Notes: generated by a model not told the origin, from the sequence alone. DNA of 64,000 nt from Azolla caroliniana (GCA_043228905.1 JBHGNT010000002.1:12586001-12650000), one strand, 5' to 3'; positions 12,901 through 23,194 are shown, numbered from the stretch's first letter. Made by a program: numbers and translations.

Positions 12901-13999
12901 CCGGCAATGGTACCGGAAGTTCGACTCCTTCATGACCGACGAAGGGTACCACAAAACGCAGTCTGACCACTGCGTGTTTGTGAAGAAGTTCGAAGGAGGA
13001 GACTTTCTAATACTCCTCCTGTACGTGGACGACATGTTGATCGTCGGACGGGACCAGGTCAAGATACGGATGCTGAAGAAGGCTCTTCACCGAACCTTTT
13101 CAATGAAGGACCTGGGTCCGGCGAGGCAAATACTAGGGATGCACATCATCCGGGACCGGAAGAAGAAGCAGTTGTGGCTGTCACAGGAGAAGTACGTGAC
13201 AAAGGTGCTTCACCGGTTCAACATGTCGGAAGCAAGACCAGTCGGGTCGACTCTCCCGGCAAACTGCAAGCTGTCCAGCAAGCAAAGCCCCAAGACAAAG
13301 GCTGAGAAGGAGGACATGATGAAAGTACCATATGCCTCTGCTGTCGGGAGCTTGATGTACGCGATGGTGTGTACCCGACCGGACATAGGATATGCAGTCG
13401 GAGTGGTGAGCCGGTACATGAGCAATCCCGGCAAAGAGCACTGGAACGCGGTCAAGTGGATACTCCGATACCTGAAGGGCACAGCAAACGTGTGCCTCCG
13501 ATTCGGCTCCGGTAAACCCGAACTCGACGGCTTCACCGATTCGGATATGTCGGCTGATGCAGATACCAGCCGGTCCACATCAGGGTATGTGATGACGTAT
13601 GCAGGGGGAGCTGTTTCGTGGCAGTCGAGGCTGCAGAAGATGGTTGCGTTGTCAACCACGGAGGCGGAGTACATGGCAGCTGTTGAAGCCGGCAAGGAAA
13701 TAATATGGATGAAGGACTTCATTAGAGAGCTTGGTATCCGGCAAGAGGAGTACCGACTCTACTGCGACAGTCAGAGTGCCATCCACCTTGCGAAGAACGC
13801 GGCCTATCACTCCCGGACGAAGCACATCCAGCGAAGATATCACTGGATCCGGGAAAGGATAGAAGACCAGGAGTTCGTGCTGACGAAGATCCACACGGAC
13901 GAGAACGGGTCAGACATGCTGACCAAAGTGCTCACACCCGACAAGCTGGAAGCGTGCCGGAAGAGGGTCGGACTGGAGAGACATCCCATGCCGAAGTGA
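9926..13999 (+). CDS. C1 copia Gag-Pol polyprotein (GAG-PR-INT-RT-RH), 1357 aa, uninterrupted
   Basis: CFHCGKPGH knuckle; WVVDSGAS protease; WHKRLCH..CTDC and VHTD, IRADNGGEY, ELNGLAERMN integrase; QMDVKTAFL and LLYVDDML RT; TDSD, TEAEY, CDSQSA RNase H. Confidence 0.97.
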   Translation: MEGGGSGPPGMMVLNAQNYADWKIKMEDLLIVRDLYEPIDRSEIPKGVLESEWRLLNRKAVATIRQYVDVSVLQHVANDTNAYEMWRKLSGLYERKNALNRTSLMRKIVNLKYRDGESMVEHVSTFMGFVNQLAAIKFPLEDAMQAIILMCTLPESWENLVVTLSTSCTEDNLSLQTVKTSILNEEARRRDKEPASDSKALLTESERGRQWNRSPQRREKSGTRSQSRGRPTCFHCGKPGHFRKNCRHYRKDNGADDTDSKKSPERNGAYRGATDRRGPDRRGRDRKGTTALAASEEEIMLITEERELNLAGEEMTWVVDSGASFHLTPEKKYFSSYTAGEHGCVRMGNEGTCRIAGIGDVWLMTSTGCKMLLKDVRHVPEVRLNLISAGRLDDEGYTGSIRNGVMKFSKGSLIVARARKVNTLYLMNSRLCPEELNVAADTAGELWHKRLCHMSEKGMKRLAEDNLIPVKLVHLGKCTDCLAGKQNRTSFRSRPPMRRGVPLELVHTDVCQVETKSHGGAQYFVTFIDDHSRKLWTAPLKTKDQVLSVFKELHARVERESGKKLKAIRADNGGEYRGQFEEYCRSMGIRLEFTVPKTPELNGLAERMNRTIMERVRSMLAHAKLPKGFWAEAMSTATYVINRSPSVPLDGDTPQRVWTGREVSYRHLKVFGCLAYVHVAKDRRGKLDPKTRPCIFLGYGDDEFGYRVWDPVDKKIFRSRDIIFMEDKTLADWESEKKMKSSKSTGEDQLYEEQSRPARDRLALEDPAEDGEETEPAEEDEIDTGTGPDPEMDSDEEESEEPVTEAPERRYPLRERRAPRRFPEPEHVLLTDEGEPESFEEAKHDTHSRRWLSAMQEEMDSLHENHTYELVELPKGKRALRNKWVFKLKPGDTGNPPRYKARIVVKGFQQKKGVDFDEIFAPVVKMTSIRTVLSIAASMDLEVEQMDVKTAFLHGDLEEEIYMQQPEGFEKKGKEHLVCRLKKSLYGLKQAPRQWYRKFDSFMTDEGYHKTQSDHCVFVKKFEGGDFLILLLYVDDMLIVGRDQVKIRMLKKALHRTFSMKDLGPARQILGMHIIRDRKKKQLWLSQEKYVTKVLHRFNMSEARPVGSTLPANCKLSSKQSPKTKAEKEDMMKVPYASAVGSLMYAMVCTRPDIGYAVGVVSRYMSNPGKEHWNAVKWILRYLKGTANVCLRFGSGKPELDGFTDSDMSADADTSRSTSGYVMTYAGGAVSWQSRLQKMVALSTTEAEYMAAVEAGKEIIWMKDFIRELGIRQEEYRLYCDSQSAIHLAKNAAYHSRTKHIQRRYHWIRERIEDQEFVLTKIHTDENGSDMLTKVLTPDKLEACRKRVGLERHPMPK

Positions 14000-14009
14000 A
14001 GGGGGAGTT

Positions 14010-14768
14010 TGTTGGGATTTTCGGTCCCTCCGGATGGGATGTCCGGAGATGAATGACGGCAAGCCCGGTTACGGTTACGGAACCGGATGAAGATACAGGT
14101 CCGGTGAGCGCACTCTCCGGATGATGAAGAATACCCGGTATGAAGCCGGATGAAGAGTACCCGGATACGGATCCGGATGATGAAGTACCCGGATACGGAT
14201 CCGGATGATGAAGACCCCGGCTACGGAGCCGGATGACGAAGACCCGGCTACGGAGCCGGATGACGAAGACCCGGCTGCGGAGCCGGATGATGAATGTACC
14301 CGGAGAGAGATCCGGATGCGGGGACATATTTATAAATATGTTTGCCAAGAGCCCTTGAGGCTATATGTGTAAATAGTCCGAAAGTCATATGTGTATAAAT
14401 ATGACTTAGGGCAAACAGTTTTTGTTGTTGCTCATATTTTTTTTCTGTTTTCACTTAGAGAGAGTGAAGAGAGCAGCCGAGAGAGAGAGAGAGAGAGAGA
14501 GAGACGAGGAGGTCGTTGCCTCTGTGTATTACCGCCGCTTGTGGCGAAGATAGTGAGCTCAAGGTTGTTGCCTTGAAGCTTCACCATTGTACATCTCTGT
14601 TCATAGTGATAGTTGGAGTTTGAGGACTCCCGTGGTTTTTCCCATTTAGGGTTTTCCACATAAAATATCCTGTGTACTCTCCTCTCTATTGTCTTCGGGT
14701 ACTTTGTATTTCCTATTTTCTGGGAGTTAATCCTATTTATCGGTTGTGGCCGAGCACCGATTGCAACA
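14010..14768 (+). repeat. C1 3' LTR
   Basis: Direct repeat of 9135-9895 with a few substitutions and small indels. Confidence 0.95.
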
Positions 14769-15154
14769 CAATCCCGACGAGGAATACCCGAAGACGAACT
14801 TAAAGAAGAGCAGGAGCAGACCGATGCCGGAGAAGAAGAAGAGCTGAGACCGGAAGACACCAGAGCAGAGGAAGGAGGCATATCGAGCCGACCAGTCGAG
14901 ACCGGAGAAAGCGACACTGGTAACAGAACAGAACCAAGAACGGAGGGAGAACAGGAAGAACCCGGACGAAGCGGTGAGGAATCACCGGCACCACAGAATC
15001 AAGCAGAGCCAGAGCAGCAAATTTTTACGGAACAGCCCACCCAACCGGAGGTCGGAGACCAGGCAGGCAAGGAACAGGAACAGGAGGAAGAAGCACCACT
15101 TGACACCATCGAGCAGAGTGTGCTCGATATTTTAGAGGAAGAATGAGGCCGGGA

Positions 15155-15194
15155 GTGGATTCGAAGTGCAAGGCACTTTCCCACGGGCGTGCCA
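15155..15194 (+). other. G1 tRNA-Arg 3'-end-like motif at the PPT position (inverted PBS)
   Basis: GTGGATTCGA-AGTGCAAGGCACTT-TCCCACGGGCGTGCCA, then TG, then the LTR; no purine run. Confidence 0.8.
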
Positions 15195-15196
15195 TG

Positions 15197-15586
15197 TGTT
15201 GGCCGGTCAGAAGAGCAAGGACAAGTGGGAAGGCGGAGTCGGATCGGATAATAGGAAATAAATAATAGTAGAATTATTATTCGGAGGGACGGATCCGGTA
15301 CAGTTGTACCGATCCGGATCCGGACCGATTCGGATGTCGGTTGCCTAAGCGCACCGATTGTAACCTTGCCGGATGCCTATAAAAGGATTCGATGATTTGT
15401 AAAGGGTGGGACGGAAGTAATACAATAGTAATTATTGCGTGTTTATCTGTATCTTCGTATTGTTTACCGTCTGTGCTTAATTGTAATCATCTTACGCGTG
15501 TAACCTAGCATCCAATCCTTACCACCCCTTTGGAGAAGTGTCGGATAGACACCTGTGTTGAGGCTAGTCCGGCCAGGCAGACAACA
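15197..15586 (+). repeat. G1 3' LTR
   Basis: Direct repeat of 1485-1874 followed by TSD TGAAC. Confidence 0.95.
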
Positions 15587-15591
15587 TGAAC

Positions 15592-16217
15592 AACTAATCC
15601 TTTTCTTTCGTCCGTTGATAGGTGCTCGGGTGGCAACCCTGTTGTAAGAAAGATTGTCATTTCTGAGATCCAAGCATCATCGTTGTCTTCGTTTAATTTC
15701 CGTACACGTATTGTGTCCACCCAAAAGAGTTGCCCATCGGAAAGTCATATTTCACACTTGTGCCCTCTTCTCCTGACTCTAGTCGGCTAAGATAATCAGC
15801 AACTGCATGCTATACCCCTAGCCAATGCAGAATGTCGAATTCAAATTCTTGCAGTAATAGCATCCATCGTGCCAACTTACCCATTAATTCTTGTTTGGAG
15901 ACCAAATAGAGTAAAGTAGAATGATCGACGTGGAATGTAAATTTTTTGCCCAAAAGGTAGTGTTAGAATACGGGTAAGGCATATTGTCTTCACTCTAGAT
16001 ATCATAAAATGATACCTCTTCTGACTGACTATTAGCCAAATCGGTAACTACAACAGAATCCTTTTCTACTTCCTTCGTAGCCAAACGTGTACGAGGACGT
16101 TTACAGCCGACTCGTGTATCCAGATCAGACGACATCCATTCGACTTGTTCTCTGCTAATTGCAGAGGTAACCGGGCGTGCCAAAATTATAATGTGTTGTC
16201 TGGCTGACAATCGACTA
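15592..16217 (-). mobile_element. G0 continuation: RNase H/INT linker, deleted 5' region, PBS and 5' LTR end
   Basis: Minus strand encodes KLARWMLLLQEFEF..ADYLSRL near 15780-15900; LTR end ...CAGACAACA at 16194, then TGGCACGCCCGG (16171-16182), a Tat-type tRNA-Arg PBS. Confidence 0.75.
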
Positions 16218-19200
16218 TGTTATCGACCCAGTATCTAAGACCCAGTATCTAAGACTCAATATGTAAGACCCAGTATCTAAGACTCAGTATGTAAGACTTG
16301 GCATGCAAGAATTAGTATGCTTGATATTATAGTATGTAAGACTTGGCATGAGCATGCTTATCATGCATCACTACATGTATAAAAAGGGTTGATCTCCCTT
16401 GTTAACATCAAGGAGATCAACACTAGTCATGGGATAGATACTTTTACTCATTGTCATCAACTTCTTGATCTCCCTATCTCATCAATTTCCCCATCTCTTT
16501 ATCTCCAATTGTTCATCCGTGATAGATTGATCTCCTTCCTTCTTTCCTTCTTTCCTTCTTTCTCAATACACTATCATGTCAGAATTATCTAGTAATCTTG
16601 AGCAAATTTTGTCGATCGTGCAACAACTCCAACATGAGAATGCGAACTTGCGAAACTCTGTTTAAGAACTTCAGGCAGCCACAACGGCTATACCTCACCC
16701 GATTGTTGACCCTTATGCTGTAGAACCCAATGTCAGCTTGCAAGAAAAATTCAATGGAACAAGGTCACGGCTAAGAGGTTTGATCAACCAAATCTGCCTT
16801 ATTATTCGTTTTCAGCCCCGACGCTATTTTGATGACTTTCGACAAGTTGGGCTCATCGGCACGTTGTTGATAGGACAAGCACAAGCTTGGTATGCCCCTC
16901 TAGTGGAGACCTCTTCGCCTCTCTTGAATGACTTCCAAGCATTTCTTACCGAATTTGAAGCAACTTTTGGGGAGACTGACAAACGACGAGCCACACTCAA
17001 CAAACTCTTATGTGTTACAACAAGGAGATCGTGCGGCATCAATCTATGCATCCAAATTTCGTGAGCTCGCGTGCGATGTTGAGTGGGACGGACAAGCCCT
17101 CCTCAATCAATTCCGCCGAGGATTACGAGGTGAGATAAAAAATCTTTTACATAACTTTCCTGAGCCCACATCTTTGAATGAGGCTATTTCCCAATTTGTG
17201 CGTTGCGATAGCCGTCTCTTTGAGTTCCGGCAAGAGGAACGTCCTCACCGGATCCATCCACCTTGGCCAGCTACTACGCGAAGTCACCTACCATGGTTGA
17301 TGACCCTGCCTCACATGTCATTCTCCACTTCATCTTCAACTCCCGCCACAGATTCTTGCTCGCCAATGGAGATCGATCGAATTTGCTACCGACCATTGAC
17401 TAACGCGCAATGACAACATCGATGGGCCAACAATTTATGTCTCTATTGTGGCGGCCCTGACCATTTGATCCACTCTTGCCCAAAAAAGGGACCCCGTCAA
17501 ACACCACATCGTGTGGATGGGGTTGAAATTTTCTGCCAATAGGAAAACTTCAATGTCCATTTGCAGTAGGGGTTGTGCATCTGGACCACAAGAGTCGACA
17601 ATTATGTCAAGGGCCCAATCAACCGACTTCCTCGACAACAAGCTTCCTGCTCCCGATCACTCTTCAATTTGGCTCCACCACTCTGAAGTCAAAAGCTTTG
17701 TTGGATTCTAGGGCTACATCGTGCTTTATTGACATCATGTTTGCACGGAAACACAACATTTCAAGCAACAAAATAACCGTCCCGATTCCAGTTGAAGTGA
17801 TCGATTGTCGAATGCTCTCTTATGGTGCCATCACAAATACAACAATTCCCTTGGGTCTCCACATAGGAATCCACCAGGAAGAAATCACTTTTAACCTCAT
17901 CACATCACCTCGACATTCTATCATCTTGGGGTTATCATGGCTCGAGACTCACAATCCAGTCCTGGATTGGTGATCTTGCTCCATCAACTTCACCTGGAAT
18001 TTTCACTCACAAGGGATTACGTCCACCCTTCTTCGAGCCAATGCTCCACCATTTGTTTCGCCGCCTACTCCAGTGAGGACCCTCAACGGTTGCTCCCACT
18101 CATGTTTCATGGACAACTCCCATTTCTACTCCAGTGAGAACCACATCAATGGTTGCTTCAATTCTAGTTTCTTCTCTAGTGAGGACCACGTCAACGGTCA
18201 CTCCCACTCATGTTTCTGCTCCGGTGAGGACCAGGTCATCAGTTGCTCCCATTTCCTCTTCAGCGAGAAGGGATTCATTCGCCACTCAAAATATACATTG
18301 AAGAGAATCTCGCAAAGGGATTCATTCGCCACTCAAAATCTCTAGTTGGCTCTCCTATTCTATTTGTCAAAAAGAAAGATGAAACGTTACGCCTATGTAT
18401 CGACTATCGTGGGCTCAATCGAGTCACGGTTCGAAACTGCTATCCACTACCTCTAATCCCCGAACTCATCACGGTTCGAAACTGACTTCGGGCTAGGCAT
18501 ATATTCTCCAAAATCGATCTCAGAGGTGCCTACCACTTGGTGCGTATCAAGCTTGGAGATGAGTGGAAAACGACATTTCGAACCAGGTATTGGCATTTTG
18601 AATACATGGTAATGCCATTTGGTCTCACAAATGCTCCTGCCGTTTTCCAACATATGATGAATGACATCTTTCGAGAATATCTAGAACAATTTGTGGTCAT
18701 CTATCTCAACAACATACTTATCTTCTCACAGGACTACATAGAGCACATAAAACACGTTCACCTTATCTTGTCCAAACTTTGGGAACATGGACTTTATGTG
18801 AAACCTGAGAAGTGTGAGTTTGATCGAACTTTAGTTGAATTCCTCGTATATGTCATTTCATCTGATGGTCTCACTATGGATGAGAAGAAAGTCGAAACGG
18901 TTCAAGAGTGGGAAGTCCCCACCAGGGTCAAGGATGTGCAATCATTTTTGGGTTTTGCCAACTTCTATCATCGATTCATTCAAGGATTCTCTACATTGGC
19001 GCAACCACTTATAGCACTCACTCAGAAGGATTCCCCTTTTTGCTGGACTCCTACAACCCAACTAGCATCTGAGACACTAAAGAAAGCTTTTTCCTCGGCT
19101 CCGGTACTTCTACACCCAGATCTAACCAAACCATTTATGATCGAAATTGATGCCTCTGACTTCGCCATTAGTGCCATTCTCTCTCAATTAGATAACAATG

Positions 19201-19964
19201 GGATTCTTCATCCTGTTTCCTTTTATTCTCAGAAGTTCACACCTCTCGAGATCAACTACCTAGTTTATGACAAAGAACTCTCTGCCATTATTGCATCCTT
19301 TGAAGAATGGTGTCCTTACTTAGCAAGCGCCCAACACTGTGTCCAGGTGGTGACTGATCATAGGAACCTCGTCTACTTCACCGCTGCTTGCATTTTGAAC
19401 TGGAGGCAAGCACGATGGTCAACCTTCTTGGCTAACTACAATGGACATTTTGGCATTGCAAAAACTTTGGAGTTAATTTCTGGAAGTTATTGGTGGCCGC
19501 AACCGTGGCAACTTGCTAAACAATTTGTGAAAACATGTGATACATGTGCCCACACCAAAGCAGTACATCATCGTTCCTATGGTCTACTTCAACCTTTGTG
19601 AATTCCAAGTAGGCCATGGGCCTCCATCTCGACGGATTTTATCACCAACCTTCCCGACATTGAGGGATTAATTTCAGTATTGGTGGTGGTGGATAGATTC
19701 ACAAAGACCCAGTATCTAAGACTCAGTATGTAAGACTTGGCATGCAAGAATTAGTATGCTTGATATTATAGTATGTAAGACTTGGCATGAGCATGCTTCT
19801 CATGCATCACAACATGTATAAAAAGGGTTGATCTCCCTTGTTAACATCAAGGAGATCAACACCAATCATGGAATAGATACTTTTACTCATTGTCATCAAC
19901 TTCTTGATCTCCCTATCTCATAAACTTCCCCATCTCTTTTATCTCCAATTATTCATCCGTGACA
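16218..19964 (+). mobile_element. Decayed chromovirus (Tcn1-like, Tf1/sushi group) gypsy element
   Basis: LTR 16218-16524 and 5'-truncated LTR about 19704-19964, both with 14-bp repeats; gag EKFNGTRSRLRG; protease ALLDSRATSCF; RT MPFGLTNAPAVFQ; RH IDASDFAI; partial INT; no matching TSD. Confidence 0.85.
16576..19703 (+). pseudogene. Tcn1-like gag-pol, frameshifted with internal deletions
   Basis: ORF pieces 16738-17413, 17575-17973, 18243-18485 and 18537-19601. Confidence 0.85.
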
Positions 19965-22900
19965 GTACCCCTCCCCTCACTTTTTTCAAATTTACACCTC
20001 ACTTTTTTCACTTTTTTTAATTTTCTTGTTTTACCCCTTCCTCTTGTTTTCCCATTCCCATTTTATGCCTCCCTCTTTCACTAAATTTATTCTACCCCTC
20101 TCCCCTTATTTTCTAAATTTTACCCCTCCTTCCTTCTCTCTTAAATCTTATTCTTCTCCGCCTTTGTTTCTTCTAAATCTCACTTCATTAATTTTATTGT
20201 AGTCCTCCCCCTTATTTCTAATTTTTGTTTCCTACCCCACCACCTTTTATTCTTCTTAATCTCACTATATCCTTTCCTCCTTCAATTTAATTTCCATTCT
20301 ACCCCCCTTCTCAATTTCACTTCCTACTCCTCCCCCTTCTAAATTCATGCTTTCTACACCTCCCCTCTGATACACCCCTCCGTTTTTCAAAAATGTCTAT
20401 AAAATCTTTTTCTAACCCCCTTAACTCCCACATCACACATTTTCAAATTACCCATAAAATCTTTTACCCCCCACCAAATCCTTCACCCACGCTAAACTCC
20501 CGCATCATAAAATTTGAAACCTATCTCGCTCGCTCCCTCCTTCTCTCTCTCTCTTTTATCCCTTATCTTCCCTATATAAACACCTATAATTCTACATGGC
20601 CATGTGCACTAATCAGCTCCTTGGGAGCGAAACTAGTTTGCCACATCGACCATTTATTTGTATTACCTTTTAACTTTCTTAATATGAGTTACTTTTTAGT
20701 ATCTGTCTCTGTGAAAACTTTGTACATATTTCTCTCTCTCTATCTCTCTCTCTCTCTCCTTCACTCACATTTATATTCTTTAACCCTCACTCTCATTCTC
20801 CCTCTCACATACACCCACCCATTGTATACCGCTCATACCCCTTGTATCGACCTCACGGTCTAGAACTCCTCCCCCTATTTTCTAAGTATGCCACTTCCTA
20901 GATTTAGGTTTATGTTTTAATCTTATTATCGGTTTTATGTTTACTTTTAATATTAGTAATTAACTCCCTTCCCCTATTCCTAATCATGCCTCTCCCACCA
21001 AGTGTGTCAAATGATTTGGGTGTGCTCAAATTGTTCTTGGTGTTTCTTCACTTCATTCCATCTTCATCTTGCGCTTAATTATAAACCTCTTTCTCTTACC
21101 TCTACCCGTCCATGGTCTACCATTCCGCACTCCTTGTCACGACCGTATGGTCGACGAATGAACCTAAACCCTTACATTCTACAGAGGCCCATGTATCGGG
21201 GATAGGCACCCACAATGAGATAGCATAGTCAACCACCGAGCCGTCGTTCATGACGAGTGCCCTTGTAATGGCTTCATGAACATCTCTCGCTTCCCCACAC
21301 ATCCCAACCTTCCCCCTCACATGTCTCGCATTGTAAGCATAAGACTACATTAAGTAGCCATGCATTTCTTAATTTGAATTTATTCCCTTCCATTCTCTTA
21401 TAGTAACATGCAGGGGACTACAATTTTGGTAGCCATCATTGAATTCAACCATATCCTCTCCTTTGTTACCCCTCCCTAAATTTACCTATTTTCCACCATA
21501 CCCCTCCCCCCACCTTTTTAAAGTAACGTCCTACCCATCCCTTTACTTTCTCTTAATTACATTTCATACCCCTCCCCTCATTTTTTACAGATTTACCCCT
21601 CTACGCCTCACTTTTTTCACTTTTTTAAATTTTCTTGTGTATGGATGAGCTCCTTAGGAGTAAAACTAGTTTGCCACATTGACCATTTCTTTGTATTACC
21701 TTATAAGTTTCTTAATATGAATTACTTTCTATTCTCTCTCTCTCTCTCTCTTCTTCAATCACATTTCTATTCTTTAACTCTCAGTCTCATTATCCCTCTC
21801 ACCTACACCCACTAAGTGTATTCTACTCACACCCCTTGTATTGACCTCAAGGTCTACAACTCATCCCCCTATTTTTTGAAAGTATGCCACTCCCGACCTC
21901 CCCTATTTCTTATTAAGCTTGTACGTATATTTGTATAGATTTAGGTTTATGTTTTAATCTTATTATCGGTTTAATTTTAGTTTTAATATTAGTAATTAAC
22001 CTCCTTCCCCTATTCCTAATCACGCCTGTCCCACTAGTTATGTCAAACCTCTTTCCATCTTTGTCTCGCGCTTAATCATAAACCTCTTTCTCTTACCTCT
22101 ACCCGTTAATGATATACCATACCGCACTCCTTGTTACGACCATATGGTCACCGAACAAACCTAACCCCTTACATTCTATGGAGGCCTATGTATCGGGGAT
22201 AGGCACCCACAACGAGATAGCATCGTTAACCACCGAGCCCTCATTCATGCTGAGTGCCCTTACAAAACGTTACATGGCATTGCAATGGCGTCATCGACAT
22301 CTCTCGCTTCCCTTGGCTTCCCAATATTCCCCCTCATATATCTCTCATTGTAAGCATGACACTGCATTATGTGGTCATGCATTTCTTAATTTGAATTTAT
22401 TTCCCTCCTCTTTCTTATAGTAACATGCACGAGACTACCATTTTGGTAGCCAGCATTGTAGTCGACCATATCCTCTCCTTTGTTGATTTATTTTGTTATT
22501 TTACTTCGATTCCTCCATTATTTTACCTATTTTCCACCATACCCCTCCCCCCACCTTTTCAAATTAACCTCCTACCCCTGCCTTTACTTTCTCTTAATTA
22601 CCCTCATACCCTTCCCGTCACGTTTTTCAAATTTACTCCTGTGTCCCTCACTTTTTTCACTTTTTTAAATTTTCTAGTTTTACCCCTACCTCTTGTTTTC
22701 CCATTCTCATTCTATGCCTCCCTCTTTCACTAACTTTATTCTACCCCTCCCCCCTTATTTTCTAATATTTTAACCCTCCTCCCGTCTCTCTTAAATCTTA
22801 GTCTACTCCTCCTCCTTTGTTTCTTCTAAATCTCACTTTAGTAATTTTATTGTAGTTCTTCCCCCTTATTTCTAAATTTTGTTTCCGACCCCTCCCTCTT

Positions 22901-23160
22901 TTATTCTTCTTAATCTCACTCTATCCGTTCCTCCAATTTAAATTCCACTCTTCCACCCCTCTCAACTTCACTCCCTAGCCCTCCCCCCTTACTTCTAAAG
23001 TCATGCGTTCTACACCTCCCGTCTCATACACCCCTCCCTTTTTTAAAAATGTCAATAAAATTGTAACTCCCAGATCACACATTTACAAATTAGCCATAAA
23101 ATCTTTTACCCCTCACCAAATCCTTCACCCCCGCTAAAGTCCCACATCATAAAATTTGAA

Positions 23161-23194
<34 letters not shown>

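Larger units (their letters stand above)
9135..14768 (+). mobile_element. C1: intact Ty1/copia (Tnt1/Tork-like) LTR retrotransposon
   Basis: Near-identical LTRs 9135-9895 and 14010-14768; TSD CAATC at 9130-9134 and 14769-14773; PBS TGGTATTAGAGC (tRNA-iMet) 9898-9909; PPT GAAGTGAAGGGGGAG 13993-14007. Confidence 0.97.
6610..15146 (+). pseudogene. G1 extra 3' ORF (about 965 aa, coiled-coil), split by copia C1
   Basis: 6610-9134 plus 14774-15146 gives 2898 nt in one frame once C1 and one TSD copy are removed; one premature TGA at 8968; homologues in G2 and G3. Confidence 0.85.
1485..15586 (+). mobile_element. G1: Ty3/gypsy OTA (Athila/Tat)-like LTR retrotransposon, RT/RNase H deleted, extra 3' ORF, nested copia
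   Basis: 390-bp TG..CA LTRs at 1485-1874 and 15197-15586; TSD TGAAC at 1480-1484 and 15587-15591; order gag-PR-(RT start)-INT. Confidence 0.95.

Noticed and set aside
15155-15194. A real tRNA gene at the 3' motif
   Set aside because: Only the T-arm and 3' acceptor strand are present, with an insert and an encoded CCA; no D-arm, anticodon arm or A box.
1485-15586. G1-G3 actually oriented the other way, making the 3' motif the ordinary PBS
   Set aside because: gag-pol, the extra ORF, the LTR TATA box and a separate TGGCGACCAC PBS all define the orientation used here, and no PPT lies at the opposite end either.
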